From Macrostomum hystrix (taxonomy: Eukaryota; Animalia; Platyhelminthes), in assembly GCA_950097015.1 (NCBI GenBank), contig CATNEN010000038.1, forward strand, positions 9,052,001-9,116,000: DNA of 64,000 nucleotides, written 5' to 3'. Position 1 is the first letter of the stretch. Each line of letters opens with the position of its first letter. Position numbers and translations under genes: made by a program. The notes beneath the pieces are model-generated. The model was given only the letters and a program-made list of their open reading frames with translations. It ran no database searches and was not told the origin of the DNA. This document shows positions 50,601-62,314 of this stretch, one piece after another.

Positions 50601-53600
50601 GAATAAATGACTGTATTTACCACATCCATGAGGTTTGCACTGCGGTTCGCACAGCGACTTCTCTCCTGCATCAGAGGGGGCGAAATGCGGGAGGTGGAGA
50701 TGCGGAAAGATCCGGTAATCGCCGGATTTTATTGGATTTCACCAGCTTACTCAAATCTGGACCGAAAATTAATAGCCGACCCCACAGTCCCTGGGGCGAG
50801 ATTAATTTCCCCCTTTAAGCCGAGTCAATAAAATCGGCAAAGCGGTTTGTTCTAGTTCACGATTTCATCGCCCCGTCAAAAGCTTTGAATCTGGTTTTCA
50901 GTTATTTTATACACAGTTTTATTATTTCTTAGTAAGTCAAGCCCCACTCTGAACTCACCACATCCTGATAGCTGGGGAAGTAGTTCTGCTCAATCAGGGG
51001 GAAATAGTCATCACCTGTGCGACCCTGAATCTGGGCCAGGTGGGCGAACTGAAAGCATTAATGAAGTTGGAGTTGTATGAAGTTGGAAATGAGAGCAGTC
51101 ATGTTTGTTTGTGAAACGTATTTGCGTTATTTTTCTCTTTACATGCTACTTCAAAGTAGCATGTGAAACATTTCTGAAACTCACAAGCCAGGCCCGCTCG
51201 GAGCAGTTGAAGAGTGCCATGGCGCTGTTCAGTGTGGGAACCCCGGCGTGCATGAAGCCGATAATTATCCTGCGCCAATCCTGATCGGCGTCTGTCACGT
51301 GCTGCCGCACCAGGACAAAGTCCGGCTTGAAGCTACTGTGGGTTGAATTAGATTCATTAAAAATATACAGTGTGCACTGACCAGCACCTCATTTTCACAC
51401 CTCACTAACGCAACACAAAAGCCATGCACTGACCAAAACCCCATTTTCACACCTCGCTAACGAAACACAAAAGCCATGCACTGACCATAAACTCATTTTG
51501 ACACCTCGCTAACGAAACACAAAAGCCGTGCACTGACCATAACCTCATTTTGACACCTCGCTAACGAAACACAAAAGCCGTGCACTGACCAACACCCCGT
51601 TTTCACACCTCACTAACGAAACACAAAAGCCATGCACTGACCATAAACTCATTTTGACACCTCACTAATGAAACACAAAAGCCATGCACTGACCATAAAC
51701 TCATTTTGACACCTCACTAATGAAACACAAAAGCCGTGCACTGAAATACACAAGGTTAAAGAAACGAAAGCAACTAAATTGTCAGGATCATTTTGCCATG
51801 AACCGTCTGTGAGCTTATCTTGCTTTCTTGCAGTTCCGAAAAAGAAACGCCATTTCGCCCGACAGTTCTCCAGAGAGAGATGGCGAAGGAGAAAGAGATA
51901 AAATTAATCAGCGACCAGCGAAAAATGGCGCAGCTATAGGATTCGGGTTTTCCCGCCTCCTTCAGGGATTTGAGGCAGGGCTTGGCCGCATAAGGACACG
52001 CTTGAAAGGCTACACGAAAGCCTGTCGGCCTCTGTAGCTCCCTCTTGGCCTCCCCATCAATCCTCATGCGACAGGCATCCTGCTTCGTGACTGAAAACCG
52101 AGTGCAGCCATATCTGACATGGTACTTGGGGATCTCAGAGACTGAAGAGATGATTGAAAGGCCGGGGGGAATAAAAAGCTCGCCAATCAAAAGCTCTACA
52201 TACGCGTTTGGAGAGTGTACGTGACAGCTGTCACAGACACGATTAACAGAAGACGGATTTTAAACTTTTTTCATTTTGTGCACAATGTCTCCCTTATCTG
52301 ACTTGGTGACTATCTCATCGCTCAGGTACTGTTAGCACTGGGGGTTGGTGGCAGAGCGGTCTAACGCGTTTGCCTCTCGGACCCTGAGCTCGATTCCACG
52401 ACGAGGCCACATTAATTTGGGGCGCAGCCGCGGAGAGAAATCTTGTGGCTTCTCGTGCGATTCACGTCCTTTGAGGGCCAACCTCCACGGCACTGTGAGA
52501 GTGTACACTGCCTGACGATGAGAAAGTCAGGGCAGATGTTCACACCTGTGTGAGCATGTGCCTGCGTATGTTATCTGTGTGCGTGCGTGCTCAGGAGTTA
52601 GCTGAATAAGCAGAATCGCATCCTAGCTCGCTGGCTGCGGGACCACTGTTATTAAATCATGTGCCAGTGTCGACATTCCCACTCCACTCTAAATTCACTC
52701 GCTATCCGACGCCACCCACCTGGCCGCCTTGCCATCGTAAGTCGAGACTCCGCCTGAGACGCCGACCAGTTCAACAGTGCAGCCGCTCTTTGAGTTGGAA
52801 GTCAAGCGAATGTCCGGGAACATGGCCTGCGTTCAAATTTGGAATTCATTTCAATAAAAACCATTTAATTAAGGTCCTGTAACTTTTATTCGTGAGGTAT
52901 GTTTTGAGAAAAATAAATTTCTTACGATTCAGTAAAATCGTATTTACCTCATTAGAATTGCAAATTCAAATGAATTTTTAATCCCATTTCGATTTTGCAA
53001 CTGAAAACGCATTTTAACTTCGATTAACAGTCGAATGCTGGACGTTTCGATAAAGCAGCCTCGCAGCCGATGCTTTAACACGATTAGCATACTGTACTGG
53101 GAGCCCCGATAAAAACTAAAAAAATACACAAAAAATTTTTGAATTAATTACCTGCTCGACACGAATGTCCCAGTCTGTCATAATCTTGCGGCCACGGAAA
53201 TATTTAGACCTGGAAATTTTTTTGTAAATAAGAAATTTAGTCCACTGGTCAATGGATATTGTGCTGGGCTGGTCCGACCTACCAGTCAGTGTGGGGCTCA
53301 TCCACCACCAGCAGGGTCTTGCAGCGGTCCTTGTTGTAGGCGTGCGCCTTGCCGAAGATGCCGCGGCTGATGCCTATCTGACTGGCGAAGCTGCTGCCGC
53401 CGCTGCTTGCTCCGCCGCCGCCGCCGCCGCCTCCACCGGAAGCGGAGAATGGGTTCACTAGGCTGGATGGCACCGACTTTGATGGCGATGTTGGCGCGCT
53501 TGGTGATGGGCCTCGCCTGCTAAAGAATGACGTTGTGGACGGCTGCGGCTGCGGCTGCGGCGGTGGTGGCGGTGGTGGCTGTGGTGTCGTTTGTTGCTGC

Positions 53601-53671
53601 TGCGTTTCTTCGCCTTCGCCCTCGCCTTGGACATCTCCAGAAGAGAACCGTCGTCTGATGTAGCCCAGCAT
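38670..53671 (-). CDS. Syn: Synapsin, 10 coding exons
   Basis: Exons 53671-53283, 53209-53152, 52826-52720, 51335-51185, 51048-50959, 43223-43158, 40328-40186, 40077-40003, 39594-39492, 39008-38670; phases consistent. A domain RRRFSSGD; C domain DWSKYFRG, FKPDFVLVRQ, KIGHGHNGLGK, RRSISGNWKAN, FGGLDIC; E domain MRNLRKTFAGIF. Confidence 0.97.
39050..39155 (-). mobile_element. Third tRNA-headed repeat fragment (family C)
   Basis: Reverse B box GGAGTTCGAAT; body GTGTCACCTTT...CCAGCCGTAGCCAGAGGTACCTGA also present at ~37100-37140, with a variant at ~37196-37233. Confidence 0.55.
39212..39469 (+). mobile_element. SINE family A, internally deleted
   Basis: Head, 3' part and (ATT)n tail match the family. 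Confidence 0.85.
40667..42176 (-). mobile_element. Tc1-family DNA transposon
   Basis: ~87-bp imperfect TIRs starting CACTCAGCAACATTAAAAACCGCCACCCTAGAGCG; TA duplication at 40665-66 and 42177-78. Confidence 0.95.
40892..41960 (-). pseudogene. Tc1 DD34E transposase with two frameshifts
   Basis: HTH N-terminus, VVFTDESRF, DNAPPH, WPSRSPDMNPIE (34 residues between D and E), split over three ORFs. Confidence 0.92.
44284..47035 (+). CDS. TIMP: Tissue inhibitor of metalloproteinases, 5 exons, nested antisense in a synapsin intron
   Basis: Exons 44284-44464, 44559-44656, 44743-44884, 45447-45640, 46832-47035. Signal peptide; CSC...HPQLAFCHSDFVLKVK, VKSVFK, SCG...YLVTG, CSW, YASGCRTC; Cys-rich C-domain CHARYSYC...CAW...YRNC. 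Confidence 0.92.
44972..45305 (+). mobile_element. SINE family A (diverged) in TIMP intron 3
   Basis: GGTTAACGCGTTTGCCTC...GAGCTCGATTCCGCGG...GTCAGGGCCGATGTACACACCTG. Confidence 0.8.
46135..46818. repeat. 8/16-bp minisatellite in TIMP intron 4
   Basis: ACTCGTAG-ACTCGTAA alternation, ending 13 nt before the acceptor. Confidence 0.96.
47608..50165. repeat. 23-bp minisatellite (~2.5 kb) in synapsin intron 5
   Basis: AAACCAA(T/G)CAGTTAAACC(T/C)CTTC, ~110 copies. Confidence 0.98.
51374..51745. repeat. 52-bp minisatellite in synapsin intron 3
   Basis: GCACTGACCATAAACTCATTTTGACACCTCACTAACGAAACACAAAAGCCAT, ~7 copies. Confidence 0.93.
52340..52662 (+). mobile_element. SINE family A
   Basis: Homologous to the other copies. 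Confidence 0.87.
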
Positions 53672-55295
53672 TTTCACTGTCAGAAGTAATAAGACGGTTT
53701 GAGGTCGTGTGAACTGGGTGCAGCCCTTGGAATTGAAGCACTAAGAAATTTAGCGTCTTGCTAATTTTTTCAATAGTCTTTTTTGGGCTGAGATCCTATG
53801 CTACTCTGATGGGTGTGGACATGGTGGGCCAATGTGTCAATGGTGCGCGGCTGTGTGAAATTAATGGCTGCTCTGCTAGGTCAAATCAAAACTGTAACGT
53901 ATCGTCAACTTACAAGTTGAAGCGTTTGGTAGCTGCGTCATGGCTTGAATACCTCTGTTTAGGAGCGTTGAAAACTTTGACAAAAGTAAAGAAAACCAAG
54001 TTTTAGTGCCGAATTCTGATTTCTCTACTGATTCCGCTCTCAACCAGCTTCCTAGATCGTGTGGGAGAGCAATCCCCTATAAATTACGGCGGCCAGTCTT
54101 TGGCCAGCTCCGTCTGTTTGAAGTGGACGTTGAGCAGCAGAAGCACGGCGTGATGACAACGCGGGGATGACTTTATTGACGCTGCAAATTTCCCATACTC
54201 TCTGGGAAGAGTTTGGTAAGGGAACAGAGGATGGGGCTAGGAAGGCAGCAATTTTTGGGTGGAAAATTGATACACCGCAATGCGTTGAGGCCATGCTGCT
54301 GTTGCTGCTGTCAAGTGTCGTGAGGTTTTTCAACCCGAACGCCCTGTTTTCCCACTAATTTGCCTTTCAAATGAACCGGACATCAGCGCCCCTGGTAAGC
54401 ACTTTTGGGCATCGGAGTAGCAGTTGAGCAGCCTAATTTACCCGGCAAGCAGATTTTAAGTAAAAAAAGGTACAAGAAATGGGCGGGCTTGTCACCTGCG
54501 GGGCCTTGATCCGTCTCGAGTGAACTCACCTGACGCTCCAGATGCAGAAAATTTAGTTTAGTGTGCACGTATTCGACAGTTTATTTGTGTGATTTTCAGT
54601 GGACTCAACAAGTCGAGCTGGCCACAAAACTACTGAAAGTCCATTCAGAATTTCTAGTCAACAGCAAACGGGTCTTGTCTTTTATTGGTTGCTGCCGCTG
54701 ATGCCACTGCTAAGCGAGTGGCTAGGAGGGCAGCGGACCAGACTGAAGCCAGCTGACACTGCTCTTGGAGTGAAGATAGAGACATGGGCTGCGATAGGAA
54801 GGAGGAGGATGGGATGGCAGTAGGCGGTCTGCTCAGCTCCGTGGCCTCTGGGGGCGATAGCGATAGACTGTACTCAGCCGTGTGTACTGCTGATACGGAG
54901 GCTGCCCTGGGGGTTGATAATTTATCCGCCCCGCGACTCTTTCTTCCCCTCCATCCACATTCCCCTATTTCGTCTCGCCTCCGTAGTTGGTTCTTGTACA
55001 CCTAAAAAATGTCAGACGCCGTCATTCACCACAGACTAAGCAGGCCGTGCTGAGCGCATGCGTGTGCCTTGGCGCTTAGCTAGACATTGATTCCGTAGGA
55101 GCCAATGGAAATTGAATTGAAAATAATGATACAGGAATTAAAAAAATCCAACTGAAAATTGATTGGCGTGTGTAAACACGGCGAATTAAAAATTGACATA
55201 TCTCCCGCATTTTTATCGAATATGCTCGGTAAATCAGTGCTTGACCTCCGTTATAAAAAAACTAGGCTTGATTAACATAATTAATTTAATTTACA

Positions 55296-55970
55296 ATGAG
55301 ACACGGTAGAGATCAAGGGGAGAGATTAGACAGGGGAGAGATGAGACAGGGTAGAGATTATACAGGGGAGAGATTAGACAGGGGAGAGATGAGACAGGGG
55401 AGAGATGAGACAGGGGAGAGATTAGACAGGGGAGATATTAGACAGGGGAGAGATGAGACAGGGGAGAGATTATACAGGGGAGAGATTAGACAGGGGAGAG
55501 ATGAGACAGGGGAGAGATGAGACAGGGGAGAGATTAGACAGGGGAGATATTAGACAGGGGAGAGATGAGACAGGGGAGAGATTAGACAGGGGAGAGATTA
55601 GACAGGGGAGAGATTAGACAGGGGAGATATTAGACAGGGGAGAGATGAGACAGGGGAGAGATTAGACAGGGGAGAGATTAGACAGGGGAGATATTAGACA
55701 GGGGAGAGATGAGACAGGGGAGAGATTAGACAGGGGAGAGATTAGACAGGGGAGAGATTAGACAGGGGAGAGATGAGACAGGGGAGAGATTAGACAGGGG
55801 AGAGATGAGACAGGGGAGAGATTAGACAGGGGAGAGATTAGACAGGGGAGAGATTAGACAGGGGAGAGATTAGACAGGGGAGAGATTAGACTGGAGAGAG
55901 ATGAGACAGGGGAGAGATTAGACAGGGGAGAGATTAGACAGGGGAGAGATTAGACAGGGAGAGATGAGAC
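55296..55970. repeat. 16-bp satellite (reverse of the 23570-23880 unit) without TIRs
   Basis: T(T/G)AGACAGGGGAGAGA, ~42 copies. Confidence 0.95.
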
Positions 55971-56709
55971 GCTGTAGAGTTTTACAGGAGTCACTAATGA
56001 GCCATGGAAGGAGGTGTCGGAAGGAACCCGGGGGCTAAAAGTGCAGATTTATGAGTTTTGCTGGCGTTTCTGGGGCTGTTTTGGCTTCCCACAGCTTTCT
56101 GACCCCAGTTTTAAAGGTTTCAGGCATTGAAGATGGGAATCTTACCAAAACTAGAGTAATATTGACACAACTGTGCATTAAACAGATTTGCTTGCATGAG
56201 TACACCCAGCATTAGCTCAATAAAATTTAAAATACTGGCACCGCCAAAGTGCTCTTAGATTAATCTGAGACAAGCCTTAACAGTTTGTTTCATCAGCAAC
56301 TGTACATTTTACTTCAAGTAGCATGTTCAGTAACTGTAATTAGTAATCAGGCTGTAATATGTCAAGATCTCTCATATGCTATTGATACAATGGTGAAAAC
56401 AACATTAACATTTTTGCGAATTTCGCTATAAATCAAGACTGCTATAGATTCACGCAATTTAATTTTTATGTATTAGTTTGTTAGCGTTTATACGATGATT
56501 TGATTATTATTAATGATTTGATAATAATTCAACTAGCATTTAACAACAATCCCAGTAAAATATGGCCAATCGGCAATTTAAAAACATTTTAAGGAGTGAA
56601 TTTTTCGTTTTCTTGATACAGCAAATAATCAAAGAGATGTCTATACACCATAGAATAAGGTAGAATGGTTAGAGTAAAAAGGTGAGCACAAATAGACAGG
56701 GTTGACATA

Positions 56710-56850
56710 TGAACACTGCGTACGGGTGCCCAGTCCATAGACTGGTGGTGGAGGGGACGTCACACTCACCATCAAATACCCCTACTAATATGCTGGGTGT
56801 ACTGAAGTACCGACATTGTCTGTTCAAGGGTTCACCACTAGGCTACAACA
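56710..56850 (-). mobile_element. SINE family B relic (reverse)
   Basis: CCACTAGGCTACAAC head and CAGTCCATAGACTGG body in reverse orientation. Confidence 0.6.
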
Positions 56851-57059
56851 TAAGACTTAGTCCAGTCGATAGACAGGCATGCGATTTTCCCTAGTGCCAA
56901 AAATTACGTTTTTTTCGCGTAGTTTTGCAGTAAAAAGTTACTGGTGATAACTACGGTCTTATGTAGCATTAAAGTATATTAAAATACACATCCATCTGTA
57001 CGGAAATCGATTTGGCCTAATTGATATATGTTTTATGTGAGGCAAAAACTTCACACTTA

Positions 57060-59157
57060 TCACATTATGTCGTCCGTACTTTCCTGAAGGTTGTCATATT
57101 CACTCTGCCAGCGAACTAAATTATTTCCTTCTGTCTCTTCAACAGTTTGGAGCCGAATTTCTGCGCTATGCTTTACTTCGCCCCACTCTTGCGTCGTCTC
57201 TTGCTCCTGCTGCTGCTGCTGCCATTGTTGTTGTTGCTCCTGCTGCTGCTGCTCCTGCTCCTGCTGCTGCTGCTGCTGCTTCTGCTCCTGCTGCTGCTGC
57301 TGCCATTGTTGTTGTTGCTCCTGCTGCTCCTGCTCCTGCTCCTGCTTCTGCTCCTGCTGCTCTTGCTGCTGCAGGGCGCCAGCTAGGTCAAACATGTTGA
57401 TATGGTAGGCTGCTGCTGGCACATGCAGTCTGATGTTTTCTTGATTATTGTGCTGGAAGGCGGTCGATGGAGTACCATCTGATTTTAAATTCAGAATTTC
57501 GCGATGCAAAGCAAACAGTGCTGACCTTGTGATGCTCGCCTTCGTTGTATATCACACAGAATGCGTGCAGGAACACGATGGCACAGATCAGAATCAGCGA
57601 CAGTCCGCCGCCTGCGGTGCCCACGCCGATGGACATTGTGACACTGCGAAAGGAATTCAAGCGCCTGATTTCATATTTATAGCGTTTCAAATATCGAATA
57701 ATTGATGCTGTTCAGGTCAATAGACTGGCTATAAGGACTTCTTGACAACAAGTACACTCTGACATTTCCCGAAATCGGCCATATTTTTTTACCTGTTTAC
57801 TTGATTACTCAAATATTTGTTGCTAATATAATTACTTAAATAATTTGCTAATAATTAGAATTAAAAATAATTCCAGGAAGGCTGCGGGCAATGGCACAGC
57901 ATTCGGTGACACTAGACCCGCAGCCAGCTAGGAGGCAATTCTCCTAATTCCGCTGACTCCTGAGCACACACGCACACAGATACCATTCGCAGGCAGGTGT
58001 GTACATCTGCCCTGACTTTCTCATCGTCAGGCAGTGTACACTCTCACTGTGCCTCGGAGGTTGGCCCTCAAAGGACGTAAAATGCACAACAAGTCCCCAA
58101 GCCTTCTCTCCGCGGCTGCGCCCCAAATGAATGGGGCCTCGTCGCGGAATCGAGCTCAGGGACCTTGGTGCGAGAGTCTAACGCGTTAACCGCTCTGCCA
58201 CTCATCCCGGTGCTTTTGCTAGAAAATTTAATACGACATTAGTCAACTTTAGTCAAGTTTAGTCGCTTGACTAGAGCGGTTAAAGCTATAGCGGTAATCG
58301 TTCTCCTAGCGTGCCTTCGTGTTTTGCCAAACCGTTTAAAATGATTTGCTTTGCTCACCTTGTGATGCTCTCTTCATTTTCTCTATCAGGTTTGCAGTGC
58401 ACACTCTCGCCTGGCTGGTTGCAGCTGGAAGATACAAAGTGGAAAGATACGAATGCGTGTGTTAAACATCAATCTAAACTGAAATTCCATCGCCCATTAT
58501 GTCGGTTGTGTACCGTTATGGTCTAAGTTTTCGGAGTCATTACTCACTGATATATGAACGCCTAGCTGCTGCAGCTCCTAAGCTTTACAGAAATGATGGA
58601 TAAACGTTTTCACCAAGACAGTGCGCAAAAAAACTTTTTTACAACTAGTGCATATCAAAACTGTAGGTTAGAAAAGCATCGTTAGATCTAAAACAAATAT
58701 AGAATGCACTAGCGAGAAAGTCTGAAAAGCAAAATCACCTGTAGATTGGAAGCAGTTTAAAATATGTGGCAACTTACAGGGCCACCAGGTACTTGTTGAT
58801 CTGCAGCATGATGATGCCAACCAGAGTCAGCAGGATGCCCGTGAGAGCCAGGGCGCCGCACAGCAACTGCGGGACTAGCCAGAGCTTCGCGTGCAGCTGG
58901 TAGGTGTCTCCAAAGCGGAAGCCGTGCAGGTAAGGCACCTTCTCACAGCGAGACATCGGAGGCGGCGTCAGGGAGCGAAACTGCAACCCGGTGGCTGCCG
59001 AAGCTGCCGATGCCAGACGACTCGAGAGCGAGACTCTCGGCGGATCCCGCTGCTGACTGGTCCGGGCCGGCAGTTGGACGGTGTGCATCATCGGGTTGTG
59101 GGGCACCACTTTCGGCTGCGTCAACATGGCTAAAATGCTGCGTTGCTGCGACGGCGG

Positions 59158-59199
<42 letters not shown>

Positions 59200-59798
59200 A
59201 TGGTTGAGTTGCAGCGGTTTTAGTGGCTTTGGGGGCGGAGGTCGCTCGGGCATTTCAGCCATTGAAGCGACCAAAGGACGAAGTAAAATCATTGCCGAGC
59301 TGCTCTGGACCACCTGTTTTATCAAATGATGATAAAAATAATTAGGAAAATAACAACCAACATCTCGAAACTATTTTTCATAGCAACTACTCAAGTACAG
59401 GATAAATTAGAAAAGAATGCCGAGGCGCTGAAAACCTGCAGAGGCCAGCAGGTCCTGGACTCAACCGCGGTCACTCGCATCACGTTACTGTCCGCTGCGA
59501 GGAGCAGATCGCCATCCTCAAGTAGTTCGAACTCGACATCCGCCACCTCCAGCTCCGGAGCCGCATGAAGGAACTCTGAAGCGCCTTCTTCCATAACGGA
59601 GGCCTCTTCCAGCATGGCTGCTGTGTTCAGCGGCAGCAAAGAGTCCAGGTTGATGTCAGCCAGAGCGGAATCGTCCGCTGTCTCCTCCCAGCTGACTTCT
59701 GACGCGTATGAGAATAAGGAAGATCCCGTGTCATCGTCGGATTCAGCGTCCTGAGCCAAGATTGCTCGATATTCTTGTCGAGGCTTTATCGGCTCCAT
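57060..59798 (-). CDS. Uncharacterised two-TM protein with acidic N-terminus and poly-Q tracts, 5 exons
   Basis: Exons 59798-59436, 59313-58778, 58424-58359, 57664-57526, 57452-57060; phases 0,2,2,0 join without stops. Two hydrophobic helices flank a short loop with two Cys. Confidence 0.68.
57865..58209 (-). mobile_element. SINE family A (reverse)
   Basis: Reverse complement of the family A consensus. Confidence 0.87.
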
Positions 59799-61129
59799 CT
59801 TGTCGCTGTGTGCGCCTTTGCTATGAAAAGATTGTTACCAGTTCTTTTCGTCAAATGTGCGCTGAAGCACTGCGCTAAACATTAAATGGTTTGATTTCCT
59901 CTGTTGCACCCCGCCTCTTTCGCTCTCTTTCACCCAGAATTTTTCTATTGCACCAAAATATGTCCTTTTCAGCAGACGTTCAGGCGAATTTGCCAGATGC
60001 AAGTTTAGAGTGACTGGAAGACCGTCTGGGAGACCAGGGCAGAGGAGGTGGGTTGAACAGAGACAGGACAGACAGTCTGCTGGGACGCTCACCGATCCAC
60101 AATTTGGTGATGAAGGCAACTGCGCAGCTTTTTGGTGTCTGCTCCTGGCATCAGGGCGCATCCAATCGGCAAGGCGCTCTGCCAGAAGCTAATGATGGAA
60201 CGTCGGGGAGAAAGGACAAGCTAAGGTCTTAGACTATAAGGGCATGAAGATTCTGTGGGACATGGGGAAACAGCAGTCACACTGGTCAGATGTGTCCCAG
60301 TGAACGCAGCAGCAATTTCTTCACCTTGGTGGCACCTAAGCTACTGCGGCCTGTCTTGTGGCTACTTGGGCGGCTTGTGAAAAGAACTAAGTGCTACCTA
60401 TTAATGAAAGGTGCGCCTGGACAGAGCGTAATTCCGCGAGTGAAACAAGGGGTGTCAGTGAAGTACTGATACTTTTGGCTGAATTAAATTCAACAAGTTT
60501 GGAGTCTTTGGAAAGCGGAAAATTTCATTTTTCATTTATCTGTAAAAATATACAAAACGTAAAATTTTTCTATGAATATTATAAGAAATCACATAAGAAA
60601 TCATAAGAAGAACAATATCACCCATAGATTTACTGGGAACCTTGGAAGACGCATCTTAGGTCATCTCGTAACTCACGTCAATATGAGCTCGCGAAACATT
60701 GCGGACTGTAAGATCTAGAATTCTCTACGATGATAGGATCTGCACAAATTGTCGCTCAGAAATTCTCTTAAAGTGTCGCTGGAGTCCATAAAGTTGAATC
60801 AAGGAGACATTTTTAGAAGAAATATCGGTCTGTGTCAACTTTGGAAACCTAACTGAAGATGACAAATGCGTAGTACAAGATGTCCCAATTGTCCGAGAAA
60901 ATAAACAACTCAAAGAAGGACATGCGCTATTCATTAAAAAACTTTTTATCAGAGAAAGGGCACAACTGCCCTGAATATATTAGAACTTTGGCTTCACTTT
61001 GGCATAAGAATGTGATAATGAAGTAATATGTTCGATATGTAATAATACAATAATAATAATGATAATACGACAAAAATAATGGGATGACGACGCCAAATAT
61101 TTTTCGTAGAAATTGATACGCTATATATC

Positions 61130-61450
61130 ACTGTACGCCGCTTGTTCTGGATGTCCGCATCTCTCAGGCTTGCCAGAAGAAATGAATAACGGACTGCATT
61201 GATAGTCGTATTGGGCTCAAGGAAATCGATGGTGGTTGGACCACTACAGTGAAAAAACACTGTCAACATGATCTTATGACAGTGTGTCTGCCACCGAGCC
61301 TTAAGCGGCAGAACCTCTGACTGGCCACACTTTTGACTCCTGCTTTGTTGGCGGCTCAAAGTGTGGAACCCGCGTCTCGTCACCAGTGACAATGAGCTGA
61401 CGGAAAATTGATTCCAACCACCGCGTAGACGGACCATATCCAGGTTGCTT
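61130..61450 (-). pseudogene. Mariner-like transposase relic
   Basis: KIMLTVFF...IDFLEPNTTINAVRY...LR...IQNKRR resembles the mariner DDE segment; truncated, no TIRs found. Confidence 0.65.
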
Positions 61451-62314
61451 TGGCATGTCTGCTGGCGCAGAAGCCTCAGATCAGGTGTCAGGCCAGGCAG
61501 AGATGAAGCGCAATCTCGCAAACCGTTATTCTACTGCCAAGACACTTTCATAGTTTTAACTGCCCCGGCAGAGGCGAAGGAGTTTTATTAGCTGGCTTTT
61601 TAGAGTTGTATTCGTCATTAGGTTGTTTTATGTAGCGTACAGGGATAAAAATAACCCGAAGTTATTCTGTGAGATTGTGGGATTAAGAAATTATCTAAAA
61701 TAAAGTTTTTGGTTAAAAAAACTAATTAATTTACAAGTTAATTAGCTAATTTGTTTGTACTCACTGGCAAAATTATTGCGATAGTTTGAGGAACCCGCAT
61801 AGACGTACCAATGGTGATGGGAGCCGTACAAAAATAATTTAAATTGATTCTGTTCTGTAAAATCCCACAATCGATCATCCATGAAATAACTCATTGTTGG
61901 TTTTGGACTGCACACAGGAGGTAACACACCTGCTGGAGACTTTGAGTAGAATGCCTGTCAACCGCTATTTTGCCACACAAGGCCCTGACTTGTCGGGTGA
62001 GAAAAGGTGAGTGAAAACGCCACCCACCTCTCCATAAGCTCATTCTAGCGCTACACCCCAGCCAGCTGCGCACACCAAAACTGCCTGGCCTGCCCTGGTC
62101 TCTCATGGCAACCAGAATGAGCGGGTTTGTGAGAGAGCCAGAGTGCGGGAGAGAGAGAAATTCACCAGAGTAGAAAGGCCACAATTCCGTCTGGTAGAAC
62201 GCTCAAGGGACCACATTTCTTAAGAAAGTTATCAGTTGTCTATTATAGCTGGCAAATCGAGAGCTTGAACAATCGAATTAGAATTATCGCCTAGGTTTAT
62301 CAGCAAAGCCAGAC

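Noticed and set aside
50670-50878. Small foldback element in the synapsin intron
   Set aside because: Only short imperfect inverted matches; single copy and no TSD.
51774-52190. 138-aa ORF as a second nested gene in synapsin
   Set aside because: No recognisable motif, non-ATG start, no supporting splice structure.
57091-57408. Poly-Cys and poly-Leu ORFs on the + strand
   Set aside because: Antisense readings of the CAG-rich poly-Q exon.
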